NCBI GenBank assembly: GCA_046338525.1
Contig: JBKDWF010000022.1
Location: 3,304 to 67,303, forward strand
Direction of reading: 5' to 3'
Source: Holosporales bacterium
GTDB taxonomy: Bacteria; Pseudomonadota; Alphaproteobacteria; JAJTHO01
DNA length: 64,000 nt
Positions 19,837-29,891 of the stretch are shown here, one piece after another. A program made the position numbers and the translations under genes. Below the pieces are notes generated by a model. The model searched no databases. It saw nothing but the letters and a program-made list of their open reading frames with translations, and was not told the origin of the DNA. Each line of letters begins with the position of its first letter. Position 1 is the stretch's first letter.

Positions 19837-22329
19837 TCAATCGTCAAGGCGCCCTAGATGGTTATACTCTTTAACAACCCCTGTTGGGTAATAGGCTTGC
19901 TCTGCCTGTGCAAAAGCGTTCAGCAACGCCTGCGTGTACGTTGCCGCCTGGGTGCTAAGATCAGCGGCATCCTTAACAGTCACAATTTCACCCGGCATCA
20001 CCCGGTTGCCCTTGAGGTGCCAGTACTCTAGCCTCGCGCCGCCGCCGTGCAACGCCCCTTCTAAAAGCAGTTGCAAGGCTTCGCCATTTGCCAACGCTTT
20101 GTTCGTTGGCGGCGATCCGGTTTTGTAATCAAGGATAATCACCCCCTCGGCATCACGGTCAACGCGATCGGGCCGGGCGGTAAGGGTGAAATCTCCCAGC
20201 GTGCCGCGCATGGTTTCCTCACTCATCATGAGCTTGCGCCCCTGCCCCGCCAGCGCACGGTGCTGCGCCGCCGTCCAGGCCACCGTCCGGTGCAGGCGGT
20301 GCCGCCAGACCAGCCGCTGGGCCGGGGAGAGCAACAGTTCTTCTAAAGCCGCCTCCAACATCGGCGACGGATTGCGCCCCCGCGCCGCCGCGTCCAACGC
20401 CCGGTGCATCAGGATACCGTAATCGCGGTGATCGGCGTTTGCTTCCAACGCCTCCAACGCCCGCAGCCGCAGGATTTCCGCCGCGTACCACGCGTAAGGG
20501 TCACGGCGCAGGCGATCGATGCTGGTCACGCTGTAGGTGCTTGGTCGTACAACAGCGGGTGGACAGGGAGCCGCCACCGCCCCAAGGGTTAGTGGTGGGA
20601 ATAGAGCCGCCTGCGCCGTGTGCAAGGCCGCCTCTTCATGGGCCAGCGCACCGCCATGCACCGCCGCAAAGGCTTCAGCTTTTAGCCAAAATTGGCTTGG
20701 TGCTGCTTCCGCCGTCCTAGCCCAGATAACGTCGGGAGCAGCCGACAGGCAGCGAAACAACAAAGTATTCTCCGCCGCAATATCCGACCCCAGCAGTTTT
20801 TCCTGAGCAATGCTCAATAACGGCGACGACAGCCGCCGCCCCGGCCACGCCGCCTCCGTCGCATCGGCGAGAATCACGACATCGGCCTCGGCCAGTCGCG
20901 CCTCCCACTGCCCCAAGAGATGCACCCGCGCCGGTGCGGCTTCGGGTAACAGTGGAGCTTGAGCTTTCAACGCCGCCTCCACTAACGGCGCGGCCATCGC
21001 GGCGGGCAAATCGCCGGGCACGACCGGAAGATTAATCGCTACCCCTAAAGCCTGCACCGTTTCGGCTAAAATCCCAAGCCGCTGGGAGGCACTGGGGGCC
21101 TGCTTCCATGCCAACGCCGCCTGATCCATGAGGGTGTTATAGTCGTGCAGCAGCGTCGCTTGCCGTTCATCGGCCAGATGCGCGGGCATGGCCTGACGAC
21201 GGCGCAGGGTATCGCTGCGCAGGCTGTATTCCAGCAGCGGGGCCAGCGCCCCATTGTCGCCAAAAATACACTCATGCAGGCGCAGCAACGCCAGCGTCGG
21301 CCCCCACGCTTCGGGCTCCTCAAGGACGCGCAGGACGCTGCCCACAAACCGCGCCTGGGGCGAGGCTGCCCAGGGTGGCGGCACGCTGGCGGTCAAGGCT
21401 ACCCCGGCATGGGCGAAGGCCCGGACGATATGCTGGCTTAACGCCGCGTCGGTGCAAACAACCACCACGTCTTTATCGGGCTTATCCTTGCACAACGCCG
21501 CCACTGCCGCGGCCAGATGCCGGGCATCCGGGGCCACCAAGAGCAACAACCCAGCCAGATCATTGTCCTGTATTTTCTGCCACGCACCCCGTGATGGATT
21601 CGGCATGGTAATGGCGTGGAGCACCCCGCCGCGCCGCGCCGAGGCCGCCGGGGGCGGAGCGGAAGTAGCCAAGTGATCCAGCATCGTATCAACCACGCTG
21701 CCTTCCGTATCGGGCAAGAACACCTCGCCTGCGGGAAGGTTATGCAGGGCTTTTAAGAAATCCAGCACCACGGGGGACAGGCTGACCACCCCCAGGCTCC
21801 ACACCCGGTGGGTTTCGTTGAGCGACATAGCGGCTTGCTTTAGCCCCTGTACGGCGGCTTCGGCGGCGGAGGGGAGGCTTGTTGGCTGCCACCCTTGGGC
21901 GAGGGCTTCCAGCACCTCCTGCCGCCGTTGGCCATGCAGGGGGGAGGCCGCGTCGGGTTGCTGCACCAGGTGCAGCGGCGTGATCCCGGCCCAGGCGCAG
22001 CGATCCAAAAGGGCCAGCCACTCCTGCGCCCAGTACACCGCCTGGCGCGGGGTGATGCCGGATAACACCCGCAACGCCAGGCCCGCCGCCGCCGCGAGGC
22101 GTTCTTCCGGCGGGCACACCGCCGCGTTCAGGGGCGGCTCCCCCACGGCGTGCAGGCGCGGCAACGCCTCCGGGGGGAGGCCGTTGGCAAGAAGTTTATC
22201 ACGGAGTATGATCGTCGCCCGCCGGGTTGGCAGCCACACCGTTACCGATCGGGGTTCCCTCTCCTGCGCCAGCCGCGCCGCCGCCAAGGACAACAGCGGT
22301 GTTCCGGCGGGGACGAGGGTTAGGCCCAC
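19837..22329 (-). CDS. addB: Double-strand break repair protein AddB (alphaproteobacterial type, PD-(D/E)XK nuclease C-terminus)
   Basis: N-terminus '...VTVWLPTRRATIILRDKL' and C-terminal nuclease motif 'VIILDYKTGSPP'. Very GC-rich, hence many spurious antisense ORFs in the track. Apparent GTG start. Confidence 0.75.
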   Translation of the reverse strand: MGLTLVPAGTPLLSLAAARLAQEREPRSVTVWLPTRRATIILRDKLLANGLPPEALPRLHAVGEPPLNAAVCPPEERLAAAAGLALRVLSGITPRQAVYWAQEWLALLDRCAWAGITPLHLVQQPDAASPLHGQRRQEVLEALAQGWQPTSLPSAAEAAVQGLKQAAMSLNETHRVWSLGVVSLSPVVLDFLKALHNLPAGEVFLPDTEGSVVDTMLDHLATSAPPPAASARRGGVLHAITMPNPSRGAWQKIQDNDLAGLLLLVAPDARHLAAAVAALCKDKPDKDVVVVCTDAALSQHIVRAFAHAGVALTASVPPPWAASPQARFVGSVLRVLEEPEAWGPTLALLRLHECIFGDNGALAPLLEYSLRSDTLRRRQAMPAHLADERQATLLHDYNTLMDQAALAWKQAPSASQRLGILAETVQALGVAINLPVVPGDLPAAMAAPLVEAALKAQAPLLPEAAPARVHLLGQWEARLAEADVVILADATEAAWPGRRLSSPLLSIAQEKLLGSDIAAENTLLFRCLSAAPDVIWARTAEAAPSQFWLKAEAFAAVHGGALAHEEAALHTAQAALFPPLTLGAVAAPCPPAVVRPSTYSVTSIDRLRRDPYAWYAAEILRLRALEALEANADHRDYGILMHRALDAAARGRNPSPMLEAALEELLLSPAQRLVWRHRLHRTVAWTAAQHRALAGQGRKLMMSEETMRGTLGDFTLTARPDRVDRDAEGVIILDYKTGSPPTNKALANGEALQLLLEGALHGGGARLEYWHLKGNRVMPGEIVTVKDAADLSTQAATYTQALLNAFAQAEQAYYPTGVVKEYNHLGRLDD

Positions 22330-22340
22330 AGGCTTTTTTC

Positions 22341-22585
22341 CAACATCATTGCGTTGTAACGCCGTTGCCTTGAAGAAGATAACCGCTGCCTATTGACCCC
22401 TTCTCCCGCGCAGCGGGGGAAGGTGAGGAAGGGGGTGTTTAAAATAAGAAAAACAAATGACTTGTCTTCATGCTTTGCACCCCCTCTCCGTAAGGCCATC
22501 GGCCTTACGCCTCCCCCGCAAGCGGGAGAGGGAGGTAAACCGCGCCCTTCAATAGACTTATAAGACTTGTGTGCATAGGGTAGCA
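22341..22585. repeat. Family A repeat, copy A4 (long variant, left inverted terminus missing, right terminus 'gacttgtgtgcatagggtag' present)
   Basis: Co-linear with A2, including the shared internal segment 'gtgtttaaaa...ccgtaaggccatcggc'. Followed by a C9 run. Fills the addB/fdxA intergenic gap. Confidence 0.8.
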
Positions 22586-22599
22586 CCCCCCCCCATCCC

Positions 22600-22932
22600 C
22601 TACGCACCGGGCTTGGGACTGAAATGTTCCTTGAATTTATTATCAACACCCTTCCACGCATCAGCATCCGGCAGGGCGTCTTTTTTCTTGCTGATGTTGG
22701 GCCAGGCCGCCGAATAGCTGCGGTTGGTTTCCAGCCATATTTCCGCGCCGTCCTTTGTGTCGGGAATAATCGCCTCCGCCGGGCATTCCGGCTCACACAC
22801 CCCGCAATCAATGCACTCATCGGGGTTGATGACGAGCATGTTCTCGCCCTCATAAAAACAATCCACCGGGCACACTTCCACGCAATCGGTGTATTTACAG
22901 CGCACGCACGCTTCAGTCACAACGTAGGCCAT
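22600..22932 (-). CDS. fdxA: 7Fe ferredoxin ([3Fe-4S][4Fe-4S]), FdxA type
   Basis: '[29 protein letters not shown]...[12 protein letters not shown]'. Confidence 0.9.
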   Translation of the reverse strand: MAYVVTEACVRCKYTDCVEVCPVDCFYEGENMLVINPDECIDCGVCEPECPAEAIIPDTKDGAEIWLETNRSYSAAWPNISKKKDALPDADAWKGVDNKFKEHFSPKPGA

Positions 22933-23008
22933 GATGTTCCTCTACAGGGGGGTATTTATAGAGGGGGGAGGCTAGGCAGGCAATCTTTTTTGACCTAAAA
23001 TATCCTTC

Positions 23009-23803
23009 ATGACCACCATCCCTGACGTTCTCCTCTCCATTTGCCGCGATGTGCGGGAGGTGGTGGCGCGCCAGAAGGCCGGGGAGTCGCTGGCGGCGCT
23101 GGAGGCGTTGCACGCCGCTGTACTCCCTCGTGGTTTTGCAAAAGCCCTGCACGCCCGCGCCGCAACGGGACGCCTGGCGGTGATTGCCGAGACCAAGCGG
23201 CAATCGCCCAGCGCGGGAACCCTGCGCCCGGCGTATGAACCCCTGACGCTGGCGGAGGGGTACGCCGCCGCCGGGGCGGATGCCATCTCGGTGCTGACAG
23301 AAGAGGCGGCCTTTGGCGGCAGCCTCAAGGATTTGCGGGCCGTGCGGGGGGGCTGTCCCCTGCCGTTGCTGCGTAAGGATTTCATGATCGATCCGTATCA
23401 GGTGGCCCAGGCGCGGGCTTACGGGGCCGATGCGATCCTGATCATCATGGCGGCGGTGTCGGATATACTGGCGCGGGAATTGTTCGATGCGGCCAAGATG
23501 TACCAACTTGATGTTCTAGTGGAAGTTCATGACGCGGCGGAGCTGGAACGCGCTGCTCTGCTGGGCGCGACCCTCATCGGCATCAACAACCGCAACCTGC
23601 GGACACTGAAAACTGATCTTGCCACCACGGCGCAGTTGGCCGGATTGGTACCTCCCGGAGCCTTCCTCATCAGCGAAAGCGGCCTGAAAACCACAGAAGA
23701 CCTTGCCGCGGTGCACCGCGCCGGGGCTAGGGGGATATTGATTGGGGAGCATCTGTTGCGTCAACCCGATCCGGGAGCGGCACTACAGGATCTTCTTACA
23801 TAA
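23009..23803 (+). CDS. trpC: Indole-3-glycerol phosphate synthase
   Basis: 264 aa with an IGPS (beta/alpha)8 pattern, 'LRKDFMIDPYQV' and 'LIGINNRNLRT'. Confidence 0.85.
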   Translation: MTTIPDVLLSICRDVREVVARQKAGESLAALEALHAAVLPRGFAKALHARAATGRLAVIAETKRQSPSAGTLRPAYEPLTLAEGYAAAGADAISVLTEEAAFGGSLKDLRAVRGGCPLPLLRKDFMIDPYQVAQARAYGADAILIIMAAVSDILARELFDAAKMYQLDVLVEVHDAAELERAALLGATLIGINNRNLRTLKTDLATTAQLAGLVPPGAFLISESGLKTTEDLAAVHRAGARGILIGEHLLRQPDPGAALQDLLT

Positions 23804-26144
23804 CCTTCAGTAATTTTTCTTTTAGCCCCTCCAGCCGCTCGGTGCGGGTGATCTTAAACCCATACGCATCCCGGACATAGAAAATATCCACCGCCCGGCC
23901 GGAAAAAGTGGCAATTTTGGCGTTGCTGAGCTGAATCTTTTCCTCGCGCAGCACCGTGGCCAGCGCGTACAGCAACCCGTGGCGATCGGGGCAGGTGACC
24001 TCTAAAATCGTGTCCGTGGGGCTGGAGGTGTTATCCACCACAAGGCGGCTGCTGTGCCCTGCCGGCTTCGGCAATTGGGCAAGGGTTGCGGCGGGATCAA
24101 CGCTGCCGCTAAGGACGCTGCGAATTTTTTCCGCTAGCCGTCCCACCTGATCGGCGAATTTATAGGCCTTGCCGCCGTCCTGAATGGCAAAGGAATCCAG
24201 AACCACGCCGCCCTTTAAGGAGAGCACCCTTGCATCGGCAATATCGGCCTTGGCATACGCAAACGCCCCCACCAACCGGGCAAACAACCCCGGCGCATCG
24301 TCGGTGCAGATCGTGACTTCCGTAAAGCCCAGTTCTTCATAGTTTTGATGATCAATAACAATCGCCTCGCCCTGCTGGTGGCGCAGCAATAACCCCAGGT
24401 GGCGGCGTTGCTGTTCCAGCGTGAAGGCACTGAAATAACTGTCGGGCAATTGTTCCAAAAGCGGCGCGGCCAACGGCTGTTCCCCCAGCAACAAAGCCTC
24501 ACTCTCCCGCCGGGCGGTTGCCGCCGCTAGCAGGCCGCCGCTGAGCACCGCCAAGGCCAATTGATACAACTGCGCCAAAAGGCCACGCTTCCACGACGAA
24601 TACAGCGCCGGGTTCGTCGCCTGCATGTCCACGATGGTGAGCAAATATAAAAGCCGCAGCCGCTCCACCGATTGCACCGCCGTGGTGAACTGCTCCAGCG
24701 CGGCACGATCGTGCACATCACGCTTGAAGGCATGAAAACTCATGAGCAAGTGATTGTCCACCAGCCAGGCGATGGTTTCCGTTTCAAGCTCCGGCAGCGT
24801 CCACGCCGCCCCCATCTGGCGCACCACAGCGGCCCCCAGTGTCGAGTGATCGCCCTTCTTGCCCTTGCAGATATCATGAAACAACGCCGACAGCACAAAG
24901 ACCCGGCGCTCATGCAGGCACGCGGCAAGAGCCGATACATCGGGATCACGCTCAGCATGCACCCCGTTCAGATACTCCTGCGCCAACGTTACCGCCCGCA
25001 GGGTGTGGGCATCCACGGTGAGGGTGTGCACCTGATCAAACTGCATCAACCCTTCCGTGTGGCGAAACGGCGGGCAAATATTCCCAAAAACCCCGCTTTC
25101 CGCCATAGGGTGCAGGGGGATATTGCCCAAGGTCAGGGCTTCGACAAAAACAAGGTCGTCGGAAAAAGGCACGGGCTTATCCAATGGCCGCCGCTTCAGC
25201 ACCGCCGCCAGAAAGGCCTCGTCTTCATTTGATGCTTCCCCCGCCCAACGCTTGGGGAGAACCTTGGCCAGGGCATTGATGCGAATGCCGTGCTGCCAGA
25301 CCTTGCGGCGCAGGCGCGTCGTCGCCGCCACCCCCTCACCGCGATAGCCAAGCCGCGTTGCAATTTCCGGATGCCAAGACAAGCTCAACTTTTCTTCAGC
25401 CTTTTTGCACAATAGATGCAACGCCGTGCGCAACCCGGCAAAAAACCGCCAACCCTGCATCAGGGCTAGGCGTTCTTGGGGCTGGAGGGGCCATGATTCC
25501 GGGGTGGGATCGCCAATAAGACTCCCCGCCATCCAGTGCAGGTAATGAATATCCCGCAGGCCGCCGATGCTTTCTTTCAGGTTAGGCTCCAACGCGCCGT
25601 ACACCGTGCCGTACCGTTCGGCCCGCCGGGTGCGTTCGGCCTGCTTTACCTCGGTAAAAATGAGTCGCCCCGCCCCGCGCAACCATCCCTGAAAAACCCC
25701 GGCACATAAGGTAAAGATTCCCTCATCCCCGCATAAGAACCGCGCATCGACAAAGGCGCTGGCAATGGTTTGCTCTGATGCGGCGGCGGCCAACAGCCCC
25801 GGCGCCGTCCGGGCCGCGTGGCTAACCTTAAAGCCGATATCCCATAGGCTTCCAAACAGGCGGCTGGCAAAGGCGGCAAGGGCCTTATCTTGGTGGGTAT
25901 CCTCATAAAGCAGCACTAAATCCAGATCGGAAAACGGCACCAACGTCCCCCGGCCATACCCGCCCACGGCCACGAGGGCGCAGGGCGGCGGCGTGGTATG
26001 GGCAGCGGCCTCGGTAAAGGCCTGCCGCGCCAACGTATCAACAACGTCGCTGTGACGGCGGCTATACTCTAGCCCGTCGCGGCGGTGCCAGAATTCAGTG
26101 ACCAAGGGTGCATGGGCGGTGGTATAGGCAGTGCGAAGAAACAT
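23796..26144 (-). CDS. glnD: [Protein-PII] uridylyltransferase/uridylyl-removing enzyme GlnD
   Basis: 782 aa with a nucleotidyltransferase N-domain ('GGYGRGTLVPFSDLDL'), an HD domain ('HDICKGKKGDHSTLGA') and C-terminal ACT domains. Confidence 0.85.
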   Translation of the reverse strand: MFLRTAYTTAHAPLVTEFWHRRDGLEYSRRHSDVVDTLARQAFTEAAAHTTPPPCALVAVGGYGRGTLVPFSDLDLVLLYEDTHQDKALAAFASRLFGSLWDIGFKVSHAARTAPGLLAAAASEQTIASAFVDARFLCGDEGIFTLCAGVFQGWLRGAGRLIFTEVKQAERTRRAERYGTVYGALEPNLKESIGGLRDIHYLHWMAGSLIGDPTPESWPLQPQERLALMQGWRFFAGLRTALHLLCKKAEEKLSLSWHPEIATRLGYRGEGVAATTRLRRKVWQHGIRINALAKVLPKRWAGEASNEDEAFLAAVLKRRPLDKPVPFSDDLVFVEALTLGNIPLHPMAESGVFGNICPPFRHTEGLMQFDQVHTLTVDAHTLRAVTLAQEYLNGVHAERDPDVSALAACLHERRVFVLSALFHDICKGKKGDHSTLGAAVVRQMGAAWTLPELETETIAWLVDNHLLMSFHAFKRDVHDRAALEQFTTAVQSVERLRLLYLLTIVDMQATNPALYSSWKRGLLAQLYQLALAVLSGGLLAAATARRESEALLLGEQPLAAPLLEQLPDSYFSAFTLEQQRRHLGLLLRHQQGEAIVIDHQNYEELGFTEVTICTDDAPGLFARLVGAFAYAKADIADARVLSLKGGVVLDSFAIQDGGKAYKFADQVGRLAEKIRSVLSGSVDPAATLAQLPKPAGHSSRLVVDNTSSPTDTILEVTCPDRHGLLYALATVLREEKIQLSNAKIATFSGRAVDIFYVRDAYGFKITRTERLEGLKEKLLKVM

Positions 26145-26239
26145 TAAAAGGCATTGTAAAAGGGAATAAAAAATTTGCTATGGGGTTGATATAGAATTTT
26201 CCCTTGGCAGACCGTCAAAAACCCGCAAGAATCCCCCCC

Positions 26240-26560
26240 ATGAGCAACCAGATGCAACAACTCCTCAAGCAAGCCCAGGCGATGCAGCAAAAAATGCTGC
26301 AAGCGCAGGAAGACCTCGCCAAAACCGAAACCCAGGGCCAGGCCGGCGGCGGCATGGTCAAGATTACCGTCAACGGCAAGCTGCAAGTGCGCCGGGTGCA
26401 GATTGATCCGTCCCTGATTACCCCCGACGATAAAGAGGTTTTGGAAGACCTTATTGTCGCCGCGTGCCGAGACGCTCAGGAGAAGGCCGAAACAGCGGCT
26501 GGTGAGAAAATGGCCAGTCTTACCGCTGGTCTGCCTATGCCCCCAGGTTTTAAACTCTAA
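26240..26560 (+). CDS. ybaB: Nucleoid-associated protein YbaB/EbfC
   Basis: 'MSNQMQQLLKQAQAMQQKMLQAQEDLA...'. Confidence 0.85.
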   Translation: MSNQMQQLLKQAQAMQQKMLQAQEDLAKTETQGQAGGGMVKITVNGKLQVRRVQIDPSLITPDDKEVLEDLIVAACRDAQEKAETAAGEKMASLTAGLPMPPGFKL

Positions 26561-26591
26561 CTGGTTGAACCTTGCGTTGCGAAAGCCTTTT

Positions 26592-27194
26592 GTGTCTCAA
26601 CAAGATAACAATCCCTTGCCGGCACTGCTCAAAATGCTGGGCAAGCTTCCCGGTGTGGGCACTCGGTCGGCGCGGCGTTTAGCCCTGCATTTACTGCAAC
26701 GCAAAGAAATCGTACTATACCCATTGCTAGACGCTTTGGATAATGCCGCCTCTCAGATAAAGGAATGTAGGCAGTGTGGCAACTTGGATGCCCTTGATCC
26801 TTGCTCCTTGTGTACAGATCCAAAACGCGATGACCACCAGATATGCGTAGTGGCAACGGTTGGTGATTTATGGGCATTGGAACGCAGCCATAGTTTTCGC
26901 GGACGCTATCACGTTCTCGGCGGATTATTATCCGCCCTAGACGGCGTGACCCCAGAACAGTTACGCTTTGATCCGCTGCTGGAACGGGTGCAAAAGCTCA
27001 GTGCTACCGAAGTCATCCTCGCCTTTAACGGCACGGTGGAGGGGCAAACCACGGCCTTCTATACGGCGGAAAAACTTGCACCGCTGGGGATTAAAATCAC
27101 CCGCTTGGCCTTTGGCATCCCCATGGGCGGGGAGCTAGATTATCTTGATGAGGGGACTGTTTCCACGGCGTTGGCGGCACGTCAAATCTTTTAG
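26592..27194 (+). CDS. recR: Recombination protein RecR
   Basis: HhH region 'LPGVGTRSARRLALHLL', a C4 zinc finger 'CRQCGNLDALDPCSLC', and a Toprim domain. The plausible GTG start at 26592 aligns with the E. coli RecR N-terminus. Confidence 0.8.
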   Translation: MSQQDNNPLPALLKMLGKLPGVGTRSARRLALHLLQRKEIVLYPLLDALDNAASQIKECRQCGNLDALDPCSLCTDPKRDDHQICVVATVGDLWALERSHSFRGRYHVLGGLLSALDGVTPEQLRFDPLLERVQKLSATEVILAFNGTVEGQTTAFYTAEKLAPLGIKITRLAFGIPMGGELDYLDEGTVSTALAARQIF

Positions 27195-27248
27195 GATATT
27201 CTTAACCATCCCCTGCTTTACCCTTCCCAGACGAAGGGAAAGTAATTC

Positions 27249-29729
27249 ATGAACCGCAACCACCGCCGCTCTATCGCGCAACAAAAATTGCATACAAACA
27301 CTGCCGAGGGTATTGAAAAAACGGTGCATGAAGCCCTGCGCTTAGCAGAAAAAGAAAAATGGCATGAGGCTGATGCCCTATGCCTGCGGGTGCTCAATGC
27401 CATGCCCAATAACCCCGACGTGTGGTTTTTTCGCGGCCAGTTGGCGTTCAATCGCGGCTTGCTCCATGATGCTGCCAACTATATTGCCAAGGCCATTGCC
27501 CAGAACCCCGAAAAGACCGATTACCTCGGCTTTGCCGCCCATGTGTGCCAGCGCGGCGGGAATATTGGCGAGGCCATTACCTACGCCCAGACTTTATTTG
27601 AGCAGACCCAGAACCCCCAGCACCTCCTCCACTTGGCGAATATTTATCTGGAAAGCAACAATCTGGCTCAGGCCAAACCGCTGTATGAGCATTTGCGGGA
27701 GCACTACGCCGACTGGTGGCAACCGCCCTATAATCTTGGCCTTATTGCAATGGCTTTGGGTAATCATCACGAAGCCTTGAGTCTTTTTGAGCATGCTATC
27801 ACGCTAGCCCCAAGCGTTGCCGAACCCACCCTGCGGGCTATGGAAGTTCTCGGCAGCCTTGGGGATGACGCCAGAGCTGAACAACTGTTGTGGACGTTCA
27901 TCGAACGCCCTGCTGGACATAGTCCAGAAAATATTAATGTTTTTCAAAAACTCTCTGAGCATCTGCTGTACGGCAGTAACCCACGCTATGCCCAGGCAGA
28001 AAGCGTCTTGGACAAGGCCGAAGCTATCGCCCCCGGCACTGCTTGGATTCTCGGCGGTAAAGGCTGGAGTGCGGCCAAGAAAGGCGATTTTGAAAACACC
28101 CTGAAACACTTTCACCAAGCCCTGCGCCTTGAACCCCAAAACGTGGATTTGTGGAACAAATACCTCCACGCCTTGGGGGAGTTCCGTTTTCATGGCCTGC
28201 CAGCCTCCATGGATTTGCATTTGAGCTTGGCTCTGTCCATGCCCCGATTGGATCAAGTGCGGTTGTTCCAAGTTCTCAACATGGTGTTGCCGCTGTTCCC
28301 CGAAGTGGAAGAGCTTTTTCAGGCTATTGATAAAGGCAACCCTGTTGATATTCACAGCGATACGTTCAAGAATTTTATCAGTCGTCCCTTGTTTATTCAG
28401 GCTTTGCAGGGCGTGCTGTTGGCATCCAGCGCGTATGAAACCCTGCTAACCCCCATTCGTGCCGCGCTGCTCAAAGCGGCCGCCGCGGGGGAAAAAATGC
28501 CCGAAGATAGCAGTGCTTTTTGTCTTGGCCTTGCTCAGCAATGCGCCATGAATGAGTATATTTATACAGAAACGGCCACGGAAACAGAAGAGATAGAGGC
28601 TTTAAAACAACGCCTTGATACCTGGCCCACGGACAGGCCGCTGGATGCCCGTCTGGTGGCGGTTTACGCTGCCTACCGCCCGCTTGACAGTTTGGCGATA
28701 GCAACGCGCCTCATCAAAGAAGCCAAAAAGAAAACCATCAACCGGACTTTTAACGCCCTGGTACAAGAACAGGTCATTGAGCCGCAGATTGAGGCAGGCC
28801 TGAAGCCTAGCATCTCTTCCCTCCACACCGTGGCCAACGATGTCTCTCGCCTCGTGCAAAACCAGTATGAGGAAAACCCCTATCCTCGTTGGCACGACGT
28901 GGGGCGTTCTCAGCCAATGACCATCAACGATCGCCTGCGCCTGATGTTCCCATGGATGCCCGCCCAAGGCCTTAATGAAAAACAAAAGCCCAGAATTCTT
29001 ATTGCCGGCTGCGGTACAGGCCGTCAGGCCATCATGGCGGCAGAGATACACCCCCACGCCGAGGTGGTGGCCGTGGATTTAAGCCGCGCCAGCCTCGCCT
29101 ACGCCCTGCGTAAACAAAAAGAGCGCAACATCCGTAACATTCAATTTTTGCAAGGGGATATTCTCAAATTAAAAGAAGGCCTCGGCGGGGAGTTTGATCT
29201 GATTGAGTGTTCCGGCGTGCTGCACCACATGGACGATCCCATGGTGGGGTGGCAGGTGCTGCGGCAACTCCTTGCCCCTACCGGCTTTATGAATATTGCC
29301 TTGTACAGTGAGCGTGCCCGGCAGGGCGTGGTCGCGGGCCGGGCGTTTATTGCCGAGCATGGCTTCCCCAGCACGCCGGATGGCATCCGCGCCGCGCGTC
29401 TTGCCATGGCCGCCCTGCCCAAGGATCACCCATGCACCAACGTCATGGGTTTTCAGGATTTTTTCACCATGTCCATGTGCCGTGATTTGCTGTTCCACGT
29501 GCAGGAGCATCGCTTTACGATTCCCAAATTAAAAGCCGCTCTGGAAACCCTTAGCCTGGAGTTTCTTGGTTTCGTTTTCTACAACCACAAGCCCATCCTC
29601 ACCGACTACCACCAGCATTTCCCGAATGATCCCGCCGCAACCAACCTTGAGTGCTGGGAGGAATACGAGCAGCGTTTTCCGGATACGTTCCGGGCGATGT
29701 ACCAGTTTTTTTGTCGGCCTAGGGGGTGA
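27249..29729 (+). CDS. TPR-repeat protein fused to a C-terminal class I SAM-dependent methyltransferase domain
   Basis: 826 aa. The N-terminal ~550 aa are TPR-like helical repeats. The C-terminal domain carries motif I 'ILIAGCGTGRQAI' and post-I 'VVAVDLS'. Sits 163 bp upstream of, and co-directional with, the T1SS genes. Confidence 0.7.
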   Translation: MNRNHRRSIAQQKLHTNTAEGIEKTVHEALRLAEKEKWHEADALCLRVLNAMPNNPDVWFFRGQLAFNRGLLHDAANYIAKAIAQNPEKTDYLGFAAHVCQRGGNIGEAITYAQTLFEQTQNPQHLLHLANIYLESNNLAQAKPLYEHLREHYADWWQPPYNLGLIAMALGNHHEALSLFEHAITLAPSVAEPTLRAMEVLGSLGDDARAEQLLWTFIERPAGHSPENINVFQKLSEHLLYGSNPRYAQAESVLDKAEAIAPGTAWILGGKGWSAAKKGDFENTLKHFHQALRLEPQNVDLWNKYLHALGEFRFHGLPASMDLHLSLALSMPRLDQVRLFQVLNMVLPLFPEVEELFQAIDKGNPVDIHSDTFKNFISRPLFIQALQGVLLASSAYETLLTPIRAALLKAAAAGEKMPEDSSAFCLGLAQQCAMNEYIYTETATETEEIEALKQRLDTWPTDRPLDARLVAVYAAYRPLDSLAIATRLIKEAKKKTINRTFNALVQEQVIEPQIEAGLKPSISSLHTVANDVSRLVQNQYEENPYPRWHDVGRSQPMTINDRLRLMFPWMPAQGLNEKQKPRILIAGCGTGRQAIMAAEIHPHAEVVAVDLSRASLAYALRKQKERNIRNIQFLQGDILKLKEGLGGEFDLIECSGVLHHMDDPMVGWQVLRQLLAPTGFMNIALYSERARQGVVAGRAFIAEHGFPSTPDGIRAARLAMAALPKDHPCTNVMGFQDFFTMSMCRDLLFHVQEHRFTIPKLKAALETLSLEFLGFVFYNHKPILTDYHQHFPNDPAATNLECWEEYEQRFPDTFRAMYQFFCRPRG

Positions 29730-29891
29730 TGTATTGGCTCATGCGCCGCGCGGGTGTATCGCTCGCAAGCATGGTGCGGAAATCTTCATGTGCGATCGGT
29801 ATATCCCCCAACACACTTTCTCACACACTTTCTCAATCTTTACCAATTAGAAATCTTAAGGTAGTGTTCAGGGAGCAATGAAAAAAAGCGA

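Noticed and set aside
19934-22396. Numerous 60-190-aa ORFs on both strands inside addB (e.g. 20439-20720, 21254-21676, 21818-22396)
   Set aside because: Typical GC-rich antisense or out-of-frame artefacts. Arg/Pro/Ala-rich translations with no starts in sensible context. addB occupies the region.
21-22585. Possibility that the family A repeats form a CRISPR array
   Set aside because: Copies are 7-14 kb apart, in both orientations, of different lengths, and carry terminal inverted repeats. There is no regular repeat-spacer structure and no cas genes.
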